DNA of 59,249 nucleotides, filler included, from Sphacelaria rigidula (Eukaryota), in assembly GCA_964200075.2 (NCBI GenBank). It is 6 parts of 6 records of this genome, joined end to end, with 100 filler letters (N's around TTAATTAATTAA, not from the genome) between each part and the next. Parts side by side here need not be neighbours in the genome. Positions count along the whole stretch, not along the records: positions 1 to 9,793 come from CAXNAA020007751.1; positions 9,894 to 19,686 come from CAXNAA020007752.1; 4 more parts are not named here. One strand, 5' to 3'. Made by a program: the position numbers and the translations under genes. Of the stretch, positions 1 to 12,800 are shown piece by piece. Below the pieces are notes generated by a model. It saw only the letters and a list, made by a program, of their open reading frames with translations. It was not told the origin of the DNA and did no database searches. Every line of letters starts with the position of its first letter. Positions within the stretch are counted from its first letter, which is position 1.

Positions 1-174
1 GCAGCAACGGTTGTTCGAACAAGCTTTTTGTGGATCAATCACGCTCATCCATACTGCCTGACACCGTTTAGAACCAAATACAAGCGCAACGCGAGTGTGG
101 AAGGATGTCTGACACACTTATGAGCCCTTTTTTCGTGCAACCAAATACCCCCCCCCCCTATCGTAGGATGACTC
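1..174. mobile_element. Right part of a non-autonomous TIR element (MITE family A), cut by the contig start
   Basis: Positions 2-150 align with 49151-49310. The copy ends CCCCCCCCCTATCGTAGGATGACTC, the reverse complement of the terminus GAGTCATCCTACGATAGGGGGGG at 49074. Confidence 0.75.
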
Positions 175-1016
175 AGAGAAGTGATTCAACCATTGAATCA
201 AAAGGAGGACACAATACAAGACAATGACTCGCGCCTGAATACTTTAAGAAGTTAACTCGCTGTCCAAAACACTTTTACTGGCAAGGGAGAAAGGCTGAAA
301 ATCTACCGGCAAACCATTAGCAACATTGCAGGCCTGAAAATCGACGGACAAACACCTCTGTGTCAGCACCAGCGTTTAAGAGTATCTCGATACACTCGGT
401 AGCCTTGCTTCGGTAGGCCCAGTGCAAAGGTGTGTCGCCAAAGTCCTGCAGCGGGAGTATTATGATGAACGGTTGAGGAGGCAGGGGGCGAGGTGAACGG
501 ACGTATCAAATTCACTTGCATCAGACATGTGCTCAGAGAAATATAATGAAGACCTATGTATGCAAATATGCTGCGTTGCATAGGATGTCATCCATCTCGA
601 GGATCTTAAAGTCGTCGTGGATCTCACTTCACCGACCATCTGTGACTGAGATCGTAAAGAATACGTTCCTACGGAGGATAGCGTTGTGTGGATATCATAC
701 CGTTTCGGCACAATACAACGCCCTGACGTGGCACGCCCGTCACCACGGAAATATATTAATACTAACACTGGGGGAGTGTATTTGACATGAAAATAATGCC
801 CGTTTTCTATTCCCGATGACCCCATATCCTTGGCCTTGTCTCAGGAATGGTCGAACTGTTCAGAAATACTTCGTACGTATCATGAACTATCGGCAATGTT
901 TCTGTTATAATGACGACTAAGTGCGTGATAGAAGCATGGAAGTACGTAGTGACGCGTCTTCCTCCACCGATCTGGAAGCTCAACAATCCTCCTTTATGGG
1001 CTAAATGGCGGTGTAC

Positions 1017-1548
1017 CTCTTGAATATGAAGGTCGGCCATTTCTTGGACCAAGAGATCAGTCATTCGAGGTTGGTTGTTCTTGACAGCCACGTGAAGGGG
1101 TGTGAATCCGTCGCTGCTGCGCTGAGCGTTGACGTCAGCCCCTCCGGCGATGAGGTCTTTCGCCACATCCACGTGTGTCCAAAACGCGGCGTGAAACAAA
1201 GGGGTTGCTCCATCCTCGTCCTTGACCTACATTTGTGGGGATTGTGTCACGGCAAATAAAGGCTAAATCCTGACCCGATGAGGAAGCAACGCTATAATTC
1301 TCTCGGCCAGCGACTGACACATGTCATTCAAGAACGTGTTATCGTACTTGTAGGTCATAAACGGTAACTAAATAGCTCACGTCACGTTTTGGAGCTACCG
1401 TAAGAGCAACGGACATGAATCGTGTTGAAGGTGAAAACAACTCGATACGAGAAAATATGGCCATCGTGCTACCGTGCCAGAGTCTTACCTCGAGATCTCC
1501 CCCGGCACCTATATACTTCGCAACATCTCGTCGATCACCGACCATCAC
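1017..1548 (-). CDS. Ankyrin-repeat protein, partial (exons 1548-1489 and 1226-1017)
   Basis: Two phase-0 AG/GT-bounded exons (60 and 210 nt) join to give VMVGDRRDVAKYIGAGGDLE|VKDEDGATPLFHAAFWTHVDVAKDLIAGGADVNAQRSSDGFTPLHVAVKNNQPRMTDLLVQEMADLHIQE, with GxTPLH and GADVN ankyrin motifs. First and last exons not resolved. Confidence 0.85.
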
Positions 1549-1867
1549 CTGAGACGATCGCCACATACACGTTGAGGTTGGGGGATGTTGAGCATGCGTA
1601 TGTGCGAATCAAATTATCACAAGAACATACCGCACAAAGCTATATTTTGTTCTCTTTACACACGTGTTTATGAAAGTAGGCCCGACATCGGCAGTGTCTG
1701 GGTGGCAGGAGTTTTAGTCGGTTTCACCCGTGCCTTGGGGTTCCCGCTCATATCCGGCGGCTGATGACCCCAAAATGATGACGAAACCGACCGAGTATTC
1801 TCACTACCTGGACCATGGCGACCTCGGGCTTGCCTTCGGGACCGCGCGTGTGAAACCATGGCTAAAG

Positions 1868-2228
1868 CAGCCGATCATCGAATCTGGTATGGAGCTTTTC
1901 ATTGAGAATGACAACCCGGAAAAATAAAATCTTCACATCTACGCCAATTCTTTGAAATATGGTACCATTCCCTCATCTGCTGGTAGCTATTGACAACTAG
2001 TACACGCCATCAAAAATTGGATTCCGATCACCAAAATTTGGGGTTCCTAGATGAAAAAGAAAATTTTGGGAATTTAAGTCATCCGGCCGGAAGTAGTTGT
2101 CAATAGCTACCAGCAGATGGAGGAATGGAACCATATTTCGACGAATTGGCGTAGATGCAAAGATTTTTTTATTTCCCGGGTCATCATCCTCAATGAAAGG
2201 CTCCACCCCCAGTTTCGATGATCGGCTG
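1868..2228. mobile_element. Foldback MITE (family B) with ~130-bp inverted arms
   Basis: Termini CAGCCGATCATCGAA / TTCGATGATCGGCTG. Arm 1868-2000 is the reverse complement of ~2093-2228. Arm sequence is shared with 38382-38785 and 40686-41092. Confidence 0.8.
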
Positions 2229-4639
2229 TTCTAGCCCTCGATGTAGCCATGAGATCTTGAGCAAACGTGAAACCGTTTCATGAATCTGGGGTGCACGGCC
2301 ATTTTCGGTTGCTTATAACCCCCACTAACCGGTGAAACCGACCGAAACTTGACCATCCTGGAGGATGGCGACCTCGGGCTTGCCTTGGGGAACACGCGTG
2401 TGAACTTTCGTGAGATTTGGAGCAAACGAGAAGTTGTTCCGCGAAAACTCTGCATACGATGGCCGAGGGTCCCAAGAAACCGGTTAACCCGCTCAAGACC
2501 CCAACCAACGAAACCCTGACGACCTCGGGGTTGCTCCCGGGACCACGTGTGAAATTTTGTCTCCCACCTCTTCAAACCTGCGCGAGGTCTAGCGCACACG
2601 GGGAGTTGCTCCGAGAATGCGCGGCGTACAACGATTGGAGACCGCAATGAACAGGTGAAATCGAACCAACAAAGGATCTTATATACGAGTGACCTCGAGC
2701 TATATTAAGGAAAATCCGCGGAAACGTTTGATGGCGGACTCCTGCAAACGACCCAGGAAATGGAGCGAACGGAGAAAAAATCCGAGATTGTAGGGTTCCT
2801 TATGCCGTGAGTAATACTACTGATTGGTCGTTATGCTTCCAACCCGTCCCCTTCCTCGGAAAGAGTACGTAGTCTCAAGGGATCAATCCAGCTCTCCCCC
2901 GTCACATGCCCTGACAATTTGGTATTCCGGATGGGATCAGCACGCCTGCACTTGCGCCGACATTCGTCCAGTTTTTCTTCGCTCCCACATCCTCACGTTT
3001 TCAACAACTGAAAGCCCATACTCCGGATCGGGGGAAGCATATCGTTGAAGAATAGGGTCGTGTCAGCTGGGGATCGGACTCCCTGCTTCGCCTTCACCAC
3101 TTTTAAAATGTACCAGATAGACCGCCGTGGCGGGGTGGCGGCTGGTATCGCACATCCGTTGATCCGCCACCAATCCAGTCGTGGTCACAAGATGAGCGTA
3201 CCCACGGCAAATAATGCTTAAACTCGTCATGGGAAGCTCGGGAAAGGTGAAGGGTGAAGAAGAAAGAGAGACAAGAGAGCGCTCGAAACGAAAAAATGCC
3301 ATGCTAGTATCGAGTACCGGCCCCGAAAAAAAAAGAAGGAAAAACAGCAGACCTCTGTACAAGAATAGAACAAAAGTAACGGTCGTTATTGCCATTTTTT
3401 TTCTCGGACTTTTCCAACTACGTTGGCAACTTATCAAAACAAAAAAATAATGAAAAAAATATAACGCTAGATTTTCCGAGTCAAAACCATTCAGTCTTGA
3501 GTTGTTCTGTTTCTTGATTCGAGACCTGCTGTCAAATTTTTCGAGTAGGAAACCTATTTTTTCCGCACAAGGTGGTCAAGTATGAAAAAACAGCTTAATG
3601 AAAAACGGCCCTCAGTAGACCGTACAAGAACAACGTAAAAGTTGGTATGGCCCCGCCCCTTTTACTTCGATTCAGGGCGTCTTCTAAACTCTTGTGTGGG
3701 CTACGAATCCCTCTCCACCCTCACCGCGACTTAATACTGGATGCACATCGAATGCAAAAACAGGCGGCGCACCTACAGGAATACAACCCGAAAGCACTGG
3801 CGCCAATGCTTTCCAGAGATTCACTCAGATAGACTAAATCCTACTACCGGTTTACAGTTTGAGGCCCCCTGTTTCGCACCCCGCGAGCGCTACTGGTCGT
3901 CAGTGAAGGAGAGAACAGGTCACCTTGCCCCCTACGTGTAAATGGGTGCGTGATCATTTTGGTAGTCTCATGCGACATTGTCGCCTACATTTGACGCCTT
4001 GTGCAATCTGAAACCAGTTATCATGCGTTGTATGGCCCTTTTCTTCGCGACATTTCTAGGGCTGGTTTCGGGGGGATGCTATCGCGGCATCACTCTTCAC
4101 TGAGCTCATACCTCCCCCTTGTGCTACAGTGTAAGGGGGTGTACGGGTTGCAGGCACGGCGTGTGGGTGTGGTCGGGTGGGTTGCACTTTGATTCATGTG
4201 CCTGACGTTTAAAATATGCAAAAGAGTTTATCCCCGCAGCCAACTGAGTAGAACAAGTGCAAGCTGACACACACACAAGCAATACGCATGGAACCGTAGC
4301 GGTAAGCTTGCCCCCCCCCCTACAATCTCTACTGCGCATGCAGGAGCTCGTGACGTTGAGGGTCGGGGAAGGGAGGACGACCTCGGTCAACTTTTCTGCG
4401 TTCTGTAGCATAAAGGCAAGAAAACGCCGCACCCCGCCGCCCGTGTATGAAATTAAAACTCGCGACAGCGATTCGTTTTACCGAGCGAGCAACCAACTAT
4501 GGGTCATCTGCGCCAATGATCATCCTTCAAAATATGGCGGGATAGTTGGAGGTCGTGGAGGCCGCGGGTGCCAAGAGGGTGAAGAACCGCCCTGAACATG
4601 GAACTGGGGCTGCGACCGCTCCGTTGCTGCTTTCTCTGC

Positions 4640-7015
4640 AGCATTCAAGTCTTCGAGTAACAAACTGGTTTGACAATTTTCACCCAGGTATCCGCCCGAG
4701 TAAGGTCTTTGTTCACACCATGGCACAGTGCAAATAAAACATATGAGTAGTAGAGGAAACAGTCAGTACAGATGGTGCAGTGAGTGTGTGCAACTCCGTG
4801 AGACGTTCGTTGCTTGAGGCCCTCGATAACTCTGTTCAAAACAAGTCGACAGTAGGTACTCGTGTACAGAGCTCGCTTCCGGGCAACTACGGTAATATTC
4901 CTCTTTTCTCAGCCAACGATCATAACTTTCTATTCCATTTGCACTCACCGCAACTTGAATGTCCACATCACCCATGCTGTGAGCCGCTGAAGTGTATCAG
5001 GAAGCGACAAAAGAGCTTGCTGGCAATGGTAGAACGCACTGCTGGAGGAGTTCAACAGGTGGAACTTAACGAGCACGGTTCTCAGCGAATATGGCAGATG
5101 ATGCGCCCCCGATACTGATGTTGCTCCCTTGGGCATACACACCCTGCTGCTCTTGGTGATGTGAGTTGCAGGCGGCAGAAATGTGGGGTGCTTTTGTTGT
5201 ACGGCGGCAAGAGGCTCAGACCCTTTTGTTCCCTTTCGACATGGTCGAAAAGCAACATGAAGCGTTTCGTGGACAGTAGTTGATCACGCCGCGAGATGGA
5301 CTCTCGTACTACTAATATATTGATGAGGGAGTGGTACCACCGGACAGTCGTGCTGATTGTTGAGGTGACAAAATGATCCAACTTTGTGTGTCATAGTGAG
5401 GTCCGAAGGAAAAATCAAAACAGTCCTCCTGCTCGCTGGTGTGTGCCTACGAGTTACCGGTTTTTCAATGATGCCATGGGCACCTCATGAATCCTCTTAC
5501 AGCGGGACATAGAGCTCGCCGCAGCTATGAAGCTGTGCTCTGTGCCAGGGTGCCGTCATATTTGCCATAGATGATGACAAACTTCTCGATTGTTTTGGAA
5601 ATGGTTATAAGAATAGCGCATAAATTTAGTTATTTTCGCAAGGTTCCACCCCTCGGGGACAGCACAACCTTCAGTGCGGGCTATGATGGCGACTGATTTA
5701 GGCATGATACGGAGGAGAACGAGGCATGCTTGTAACGATGATTCGATTGGATCGGTTGGTGCAGGCTTCACGCGTGTCGCTCTGTGCTATTACTGTCTTT
5801 GTGTACTGCTGCAGCTTTCCGTGTACGCAGAGGCTTCAAAAGGCAAGAGCTAAAATACTTGTCTTTGCTGTCGGCACTGTTGTACTGGTACCGTATTCTG
5901 GCCTCCACGGACGTGCATATCATTCAGGCTGTGGTATCTTATAGATCTCGCGTGCGGTAATCACCTCGGTATCTGCGTCATTCATCCACCGCTGACGGTG
6001 ATTCCTGGGCTGTTAGAAGTTTCGCCTAACACCCTACTGTTGGTCAGTGTGGTGATATGCATGCACCCTTGCCTATACTCGTACATTACCATGTATATTT
6101 ATTCAATGCACCAAACTATAGTGGAAGACACGTGTTCCACCGAGACGACCAACCTTGGATCTTGCACAAGGTAGTTCAGCATCGTAGACAAGGGTGTCCT
6201 GTGATCGGAAGTGCTTGGTGTGCACTAGTTCATTGTATTTCAATTCATCGTAGATGCGCCAGATCATTCCTGCTCAGTGAGTCCCCTCAGCTTCAGTCGC
6301 ACTATTCCGGCAAGTCGAGTCTTACCCGTTCTGCGGGCAATACTTTGACCCACCCGCGTTTGGGCACAATTCCACCGCACGCTTCTCGTCCTGTTGTTGT
6401 GCATGTGATTAAGACCCACTTTTATGGCAACGAATCTCGATTTGTACAAATATGAGGATTTCAGCTCGTCTACGGGCGATTTTCTCCCGTGGATTGATTT
6501 TTCGGACCCCAGTCCGTTGGGCAAAGTTTGTCGACTAGCTGTGAGCAAACCAGATCATTTCTGCGATTCTCTGGACGCTTACTTTGGGTAAACCACCTCT
6601 CTGCTCAAATCGGGAGACAACTGCATCTTCCCCGATTTCTAAGAAAAATCGAGGGGAGATCGGGGGAGATGCGGAAGTGTCCCGATTTCAACAGAAAGGT
6701 GATGTATCCAAAGTCAACACCGAGAAAATCGAAGAATTGATCTGGTTTGCTCACAGGTAGCCGAAAAACTTTGCCCAACGGGCTGGGGTCCGAAAAATCA
6801 ATCCACGGGAGAAAATCGCCCGTAGACAGGCTGAAATCCTCATATTTGTACAAATCGAGATTCGTTGCCATAAAAGTGGGTCTGAGGAGCGCTTCCCCAG
6901 TTTCGGCTCTGGATAACTGTAGTTGAGCGTACACGTTGTTCTCAAACCTCAAGAGTAGCCCCGAACTAAATCCGAACATTGGCAAGCTGAGAATTCTCGA
7001 GCTAGGTGGGTGCAT
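4640..7015 (-). pseudogene. Probable decayed Mutator-like (MULE) transposase with SWIM zinc finger, interrupted by a MITE
   Basis: Frame-broken fragments in the expected order: WMNDADTEVITA (second-Asp-like, ~5960-5990), LCVH (CxxH-like, ~5825), KFMRYSYNHF, EDCF*FFLRTSL*HTKLDHFV (Glu-region-like), then GCVCPREQHQYRGRIICHI (SWIM-like, ~5090-5145). Heavily eroded; recognised by eye only. Confidence 0.35.
6412..6883. mobile_element. 472-bp foldback MITE, nearly a full palindrome
   Basis: AGACCCACTTTTATGGCAACGAATCTCGATTTGTACAAATATGAGGATTTCAGC is matched perfectly in reverse complement at the right end. Pairing continues for ~220 bp per arm. Confidence 0.9.
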
Positions 7016-9793
7016 AGCTTAACTTGTACGACCCAGGTTTTCTGTTCCGAGAATACGACCTGATATTCCCCCGGACATGTAGAGGATGACAGTTCTATGC
7101 AATAGGGGCCATTTGATGACCCCCGGGCTCTAAATCAGACAGGAGTGGTCACTTTTTTTAGTCAAATATAGCAAGTGTAGCAGTCTATGCTCATCGTTGA
7201 GCAGGAGGTTGGATGTTTGGGGCGTCGTCTGTCCGCCGCGAAGATTCTCACAGCGGCCTGTGCCAGTGTAGCCTACGGCTTGTAATCTTGATCTTCGTGT
7301 ATACGATACCAGATGCGGTGGTGGCACGGTTGCCACTCGCGGTGATCTTGACGTATCGACTGTAAAGGTCCGGTACCGTCTTTACTGTACTCTGTACTGT
7401 TGTACTCATTACGGCACGGATATGTATGTGGGATAATCCTGCAAATTCGGTCGGTATTATATCGTACAGTATGTACCCACGGCCACGACAATGTCACCAT
7501 CATTTCTCATACCCCATGCGCAGCGCGGGGCGTTAAACGTTGCTTGCGATACTGTAGGAAGTTTTTCCTGCGGTTCCTTAACCCTTTGACTGCCCAGGGG
7601 TGGTCATCTATTGGATCGGCATCACGTGTACTCGAGAAATGGAGTGTTGGAGTAAAATATCGATCGGCCTGCCCCCGAAGGTTCAACCTTTGGACACGAA
7701 ACCTCCTCTCGGAACGATATCGCCGACCGACCTTCAGCGCGGGTACCTCCAACTCCATAGTCTAGCAGCTCCTCTCTGTTTGCAAGTACCACCCCCAGTG
7801 ATGGCACAGCGTATACTGTATTTCATCGTCTCTTAACCTGACTCATGCAATTTGTCTGACCAAGTCACTTTTTTTTCACATGTTCCAGCGGTGCCTAGCA
7901 TTGATATGTGACATTCGGCGCCCCAGAAGTTGAACTTTCAGGCGCCCGAGGCCACTTGTTCCGATAATCCGGAGCCTTTTACAGTACCACTGAAATTTCG
8001 AAGAATAGCAATGGTGTGGGTATAGATTACTGCCAGTAGGCGGGGTGGGTTATATCTCAAAGTTCTCGAGTTTTGGTGTTTTCCCGGTAAGATACAGCAG
8101 CCCGGAAGGATTGGGCTCTTCTTATCCAGATCTTGGCGCCACGAGTTCCTGCTTGGGCAGCAGAGATTGTGAGGGGGACGAGCTCACCCCTAAGGTTCCA
8201 CGCGTGTTGCTTATATATGCTTGCTTGCACTGGTCCTGCCCAGCTAGCTGCGGGAAACTCTCCGCAAATAGAACCTCAGGCACATAATCAAAGCGTCACC
8301 CAACCACAACAACTCGTATTGCCTGTAGAACGGACACCTCCCACTAGAAATGCTACGTCGCTGGGCTATTCAGCAACAGCTGTGGTTTTAGAAAGCTTTT
8401 CGCATGCACGACCATACTGCTGGCGCGATCACCGCTTGCCGAACGTCAAGTTGGGGCGTTGACGGCGAACACAGCAGTGCTGGGCCACGTATTCCCCATA
8501 GTGCATGCACATGCTGTCGATTATGTCGCCTATCACATCGCCCGTGCAGGATGGAATAGCCGTGAACGGTATGCTCAAAGCGATCAAATGCGTCCTGATA
8601 ATACTTACTGTGTATACTTCCAACCCAGCTCTGCCCCGGTACATACCTGAAATTCTGATATCGGGGATTGGAGTATGACAAAATACTCCCGCATGATATC
8701 AACTTTCGCCATTTTCTTCGCTCACGTCCTCGCGGTCGTAACGACGGAAATGAGGTACTGCAGTGTGCTTATGCCCCGAAATAATACGTACCCACCGGGA
8801 GTCGGAACCTCAATTCCGCCCTAACCGATTAAAAAGTCCTCAAATACCAGCTATACCACCGCGGCGTAGCATTTTGTCGAAGTAAAACTAATGTTCGGCC
8901 AAGCTTACGGCCACGGCATATGTGAGGAGAGTACCACAAGCGAGTGGGTATTGACAACAGCGACTCACTCGAAAACCGTTAACAACTAATAGAATTTGCT
9001 GCTCCTGGCTCCTACTGCTTGACGTGAAATGGCAGGGCTACCGACGAGCATGGGAGCGGGACGAGCCCATGTTACTGGTGGAGGCAAACGCGGTAAGGAT
9101 ACAAGTAGAAGGTCTTGGATCGAATCGCGGTACACGGGGACAAGTTTTGCGCCCCTTCCGTCAGTCCGATACCATGCTTATTCCTGTACTTTGCATGGGT
9201 ACTGACGGTAGTCGCTGACTATGCAGAATGCACGCCCCAACAACCTAAAACCGAAATATGTTCTGCGGTAGATCCAATTCGTGTGAACCATGTTATGGGC
9301 TGGTCGACCGCAACGGAGATGACGGGGAGCAGCTCGAACAGTGAATGGCACACCTCTGCGGATGGAGCGATGACCTCCTGCTCCCTGTCTTGTCTTTGGT
9401 CAACTCGTTTTGTTTTTCTTGCCGCTTTGAACTTGTTTCGACAATCAAATAATGCAGCGGGTGGCATCCCCAGTGCGGCGGACCGGACAAAGCGACGAAG
9501 TCGAAGGCCGTCTACCTTTGCCCAGCCGGACGCTAGCGACGACAAGGCAGACACGGGGTTCGGGGAATACGAGGACTCGGAGGATGACGACGGTGATTGG
9601 TGGGAAGACGAGTGGAGTGACAAAGGCGATGATTGGTCGGAATCTGATGATGAGATGGGGACTGGAGAGGGGGTTTGGAAAAAGGCACCAAGTGGCTGGG
9701 GATCGCCTTTTGGTAGAGCGTCACAGGTGAAGGATGGTCAAGGGATAGCGCGCCGGGGGGAGGGGGGGGAGGGGGGGGGATGTACTCATGATG

Positions 9794-9893
9794 NNNNNNN
9801 NNNNNNNNNNNNNNNNNNNNNNNNNNNNNNNNNNNNNTTAATTAATTAANNNNNNNNNNNNNNNNNNNNNNNNNNNNNNNNNNNNNNNNNNNN
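9794..9893. other. Artificial contig spacer N44-TTAATTAATTAA-N44
   Basis: 100-bp spacer containing a six-frame stop linker. Confidence 0.97.
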
Positions 9894-12800
9894 ATCTTCC
9901 CTGCAATGGAGAAACGGGACTTCAACCTCATTTTATGTTTCAACCCCAAAAATTAGGATCGGCTGTTAAGTGTTGTTCCTGCTACGGCAGTATATATTCC
10001 AGCGCCGCCGTCGTGATGCACGCTTCCTGCTGGAGTTTGCCATCTACATTCGTACATCTTACGAGCAATGCCAACAGGCTTTTCCTCACGAAGTGGATAT
10101 AACACTCGCATCACCTCCCAATAGCGCCTCCTGACGGCGATGAAATCGCCCAAAGATCCAAGGTAATGATTCATGCGAATCTCGGTGACCGGGAGAAGGT
10201 CACATTGACACCCCCGGGGAACGTGGGGGTTGTCGTGCCATCCGTGTATGAGACCCAGCTCTGGGTGCGCAGGATCCAAATTGGCGACAAACTGAACAAT
10301 TCAACGGAGGGGGGAAACGCAGATAACAGTGCGACCGATTCCTTATCATTATTTTGGTCACTTGATCGAGCTTTCGGCTAAACGAGTCGCAGAGACGTGC
10401 CTGGTCTGGTTTTTGCTGCAGCATGATCGCTTGCAGTGTAAGGTACCCAGATAACAGCAGTTCCGTCCACGCAAGAGGAAAAGATTAGAAAACTAGCAAG
10501 ACGATACAACGGCTAGCAAGCTTTGCGTACATACACGCATGGGGAGTAATTCCGGCAATGAACCCCTTTGGACGCGATGTCCGTGGTTGTTAAGTATCTC
10601 AAAAGCACGGAAGCACATTTTACCCCCCGCGATATGATGTACCACCTACGGGACGGCGCGTACTGAATGCGCGCTTCTCTTTTTGTAAAGCTGTAGGCCC
10701 CTGTGACCACCAAAAACCTATGTTGGCCCAAACTCAACAGGTTTGGGTAGAGACCACTTCTTCGTACAGTAGTCGGCGGTCTGACTATTCATTTTTGTGA
10801 TATTTTTTTATTTTTTTGTAATTGGCGACTTTCTTGGGTTTTTTTCGCTTGCCGCCCCCGATCACATCTGGAATCTGAAGATATTGATATCCGCTCCACG
10901 TTCCAAGAAGAAAAAATCATCTGTACTCAATATTGAGTGACTTACGGGCTGACTGGTCATCGGGGGTCCTGCCACGTTTCAGCCCAGGTTCTCACNNNNN
11001 NNNNNTCTCACTCTTCTGTATTTTCGGTCGATCGAGCCCGTCACGATCATATTTTCAAAGAAATATGCATTTTTACTTTTTTGACATTCTGCCTACTCAG
11101 TGCACTAGGTCTGAAAAACTGTGTTTCACGGTCAATAACATCCTCCTGATGAACGGGGTATTTACTCGTATCGCCCGATAACACCAACTAACACTGACTT
11201 GGGCACTGTGTTTCGAATTAATCTGTTTTACCGTATCAAAATCCACCGACGTCAGCAATTTCGAGTTCTATCGAAGAGTGGTACGCGAGGAAAACCCCTA
11301 AACGCCCCCAAATAGTTAGACCGCCCACTACTGTACTGCCATTATCCCCGAGAAACTGCGTCTTCTGCCGCTTTAACGGTTTTATACATTATTCCTCAGC
11401 TTCATCCGCTGCCGTGTTGGCGGAACGACAACGCTGCGCTCTCACCTTGGGTAATCTGTTTGCCGGTCCGTCACGGGGCGAAGCATGTTGGAGAAATGAC
11501 TCCAGCAATAGCCCGGGAGGTGACTCTCGATACCCCGAGCTGCCATACTGAACACGGTTTACCTGGACAGTTTAAGCACATAATAATACTTAGATATGTA
11601 CCAGTAGTGTGCAACAGGTGCAATCATGTTTTGAAGTTTTCACATAACACGTTCTAGGTGAACAACCATGACTGGACTTCAACCCTTCAGCTTTCCTGCA
11701 TATATATACTTCAGTATGGATATAAGAGGACTTCGATTTTTGCCGCCACGCTTAATGAATTGACAGCCAATATACATGAGCAACGGTGAGAGTTATGTGC
11801 GTTGCGTCATGGCACATATCATAGTTTGAAACAAAACGCGTAGCTACTCATTAGCTGAGCAGATCATGTGTGAACTTGCACAAATCTGTTCAGAATTCAC
11901 AGAGAAACGATGATTCGTGTGAGACGCGCGCACAGCGCACGCGCACTAAGGGTCAGCCGCCGTTGAGATGATGCCGATTCAAATTCGAAAATGAAGGGAA
12001 TACCGCTGCATCCGGCCAGTCATGAAAAAATTTGAATGTGCCATAAACGCCGTACCAATAGTTGCAGCAGCAGTGCAGATACAGGAGAAGAGGAAGCACA
12101 GTTGAGAGACGATGGGACATGCGTGCAAGATACGCTCAAGGTATGCAAGCCTTGCCTCGAGAGGTAGCCTATGTTCAATGGAGATCGGCGGGACCATCTT
12201 ATCTCGCGTCTTCTGATTGTCAAATGAACATGACGATCCAATTTTCAAATACGAATGATGCGGATTTCACAAATGACTTTTTTTTGCCTCGTCCTCATCC
12301 CGAAGAGGAACACGGACCAAAACGCGCTCGAAGTGTTGAAGCCCTGCCCCGAGAGTACACTACACTCTGTCGACATTGCACGCCAGTCCATTCACACGTC
12401 AAAAACCCCTGGAGGTATTCACGTTCTACCCCGAGAGTAAACAGTGCTCACTCGAGATAGCACGCCAATCGATTCACACCAACATGATCTTTTTCTCATG
12501 GCATGATCAGGTGAAGATGATGCCGATTCCAAATGCGACCAAGCATGCACTGAAAGGGCCCGCTGAGACATGACACAAGAAAGCCATGAAGGATTCAGCG
12601 CGGAAAGCAAATGGTGCTGCGAACCCACGCACCCTAATGTCGGGGAAATGATGGAGAGGGAAAAATCAACGAGAAATGCTCTCAAGATAAACTAAATGCT
12701 ATGATATGGTGAACATGGTCATTTCTTACTATCGTATGAACCTGATCATATAAAAAATGATGCTGATCACTAACACAGCCACGCTACGTCATGCGTCGGC

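Noticed and set aside
9838-9849. TTAATTAATTAA recurring every ~9.9 kb as a biological periodic signal
   Set aside because: It is always embedded in N44 runs and is a six-frame stop linker added during assembly.
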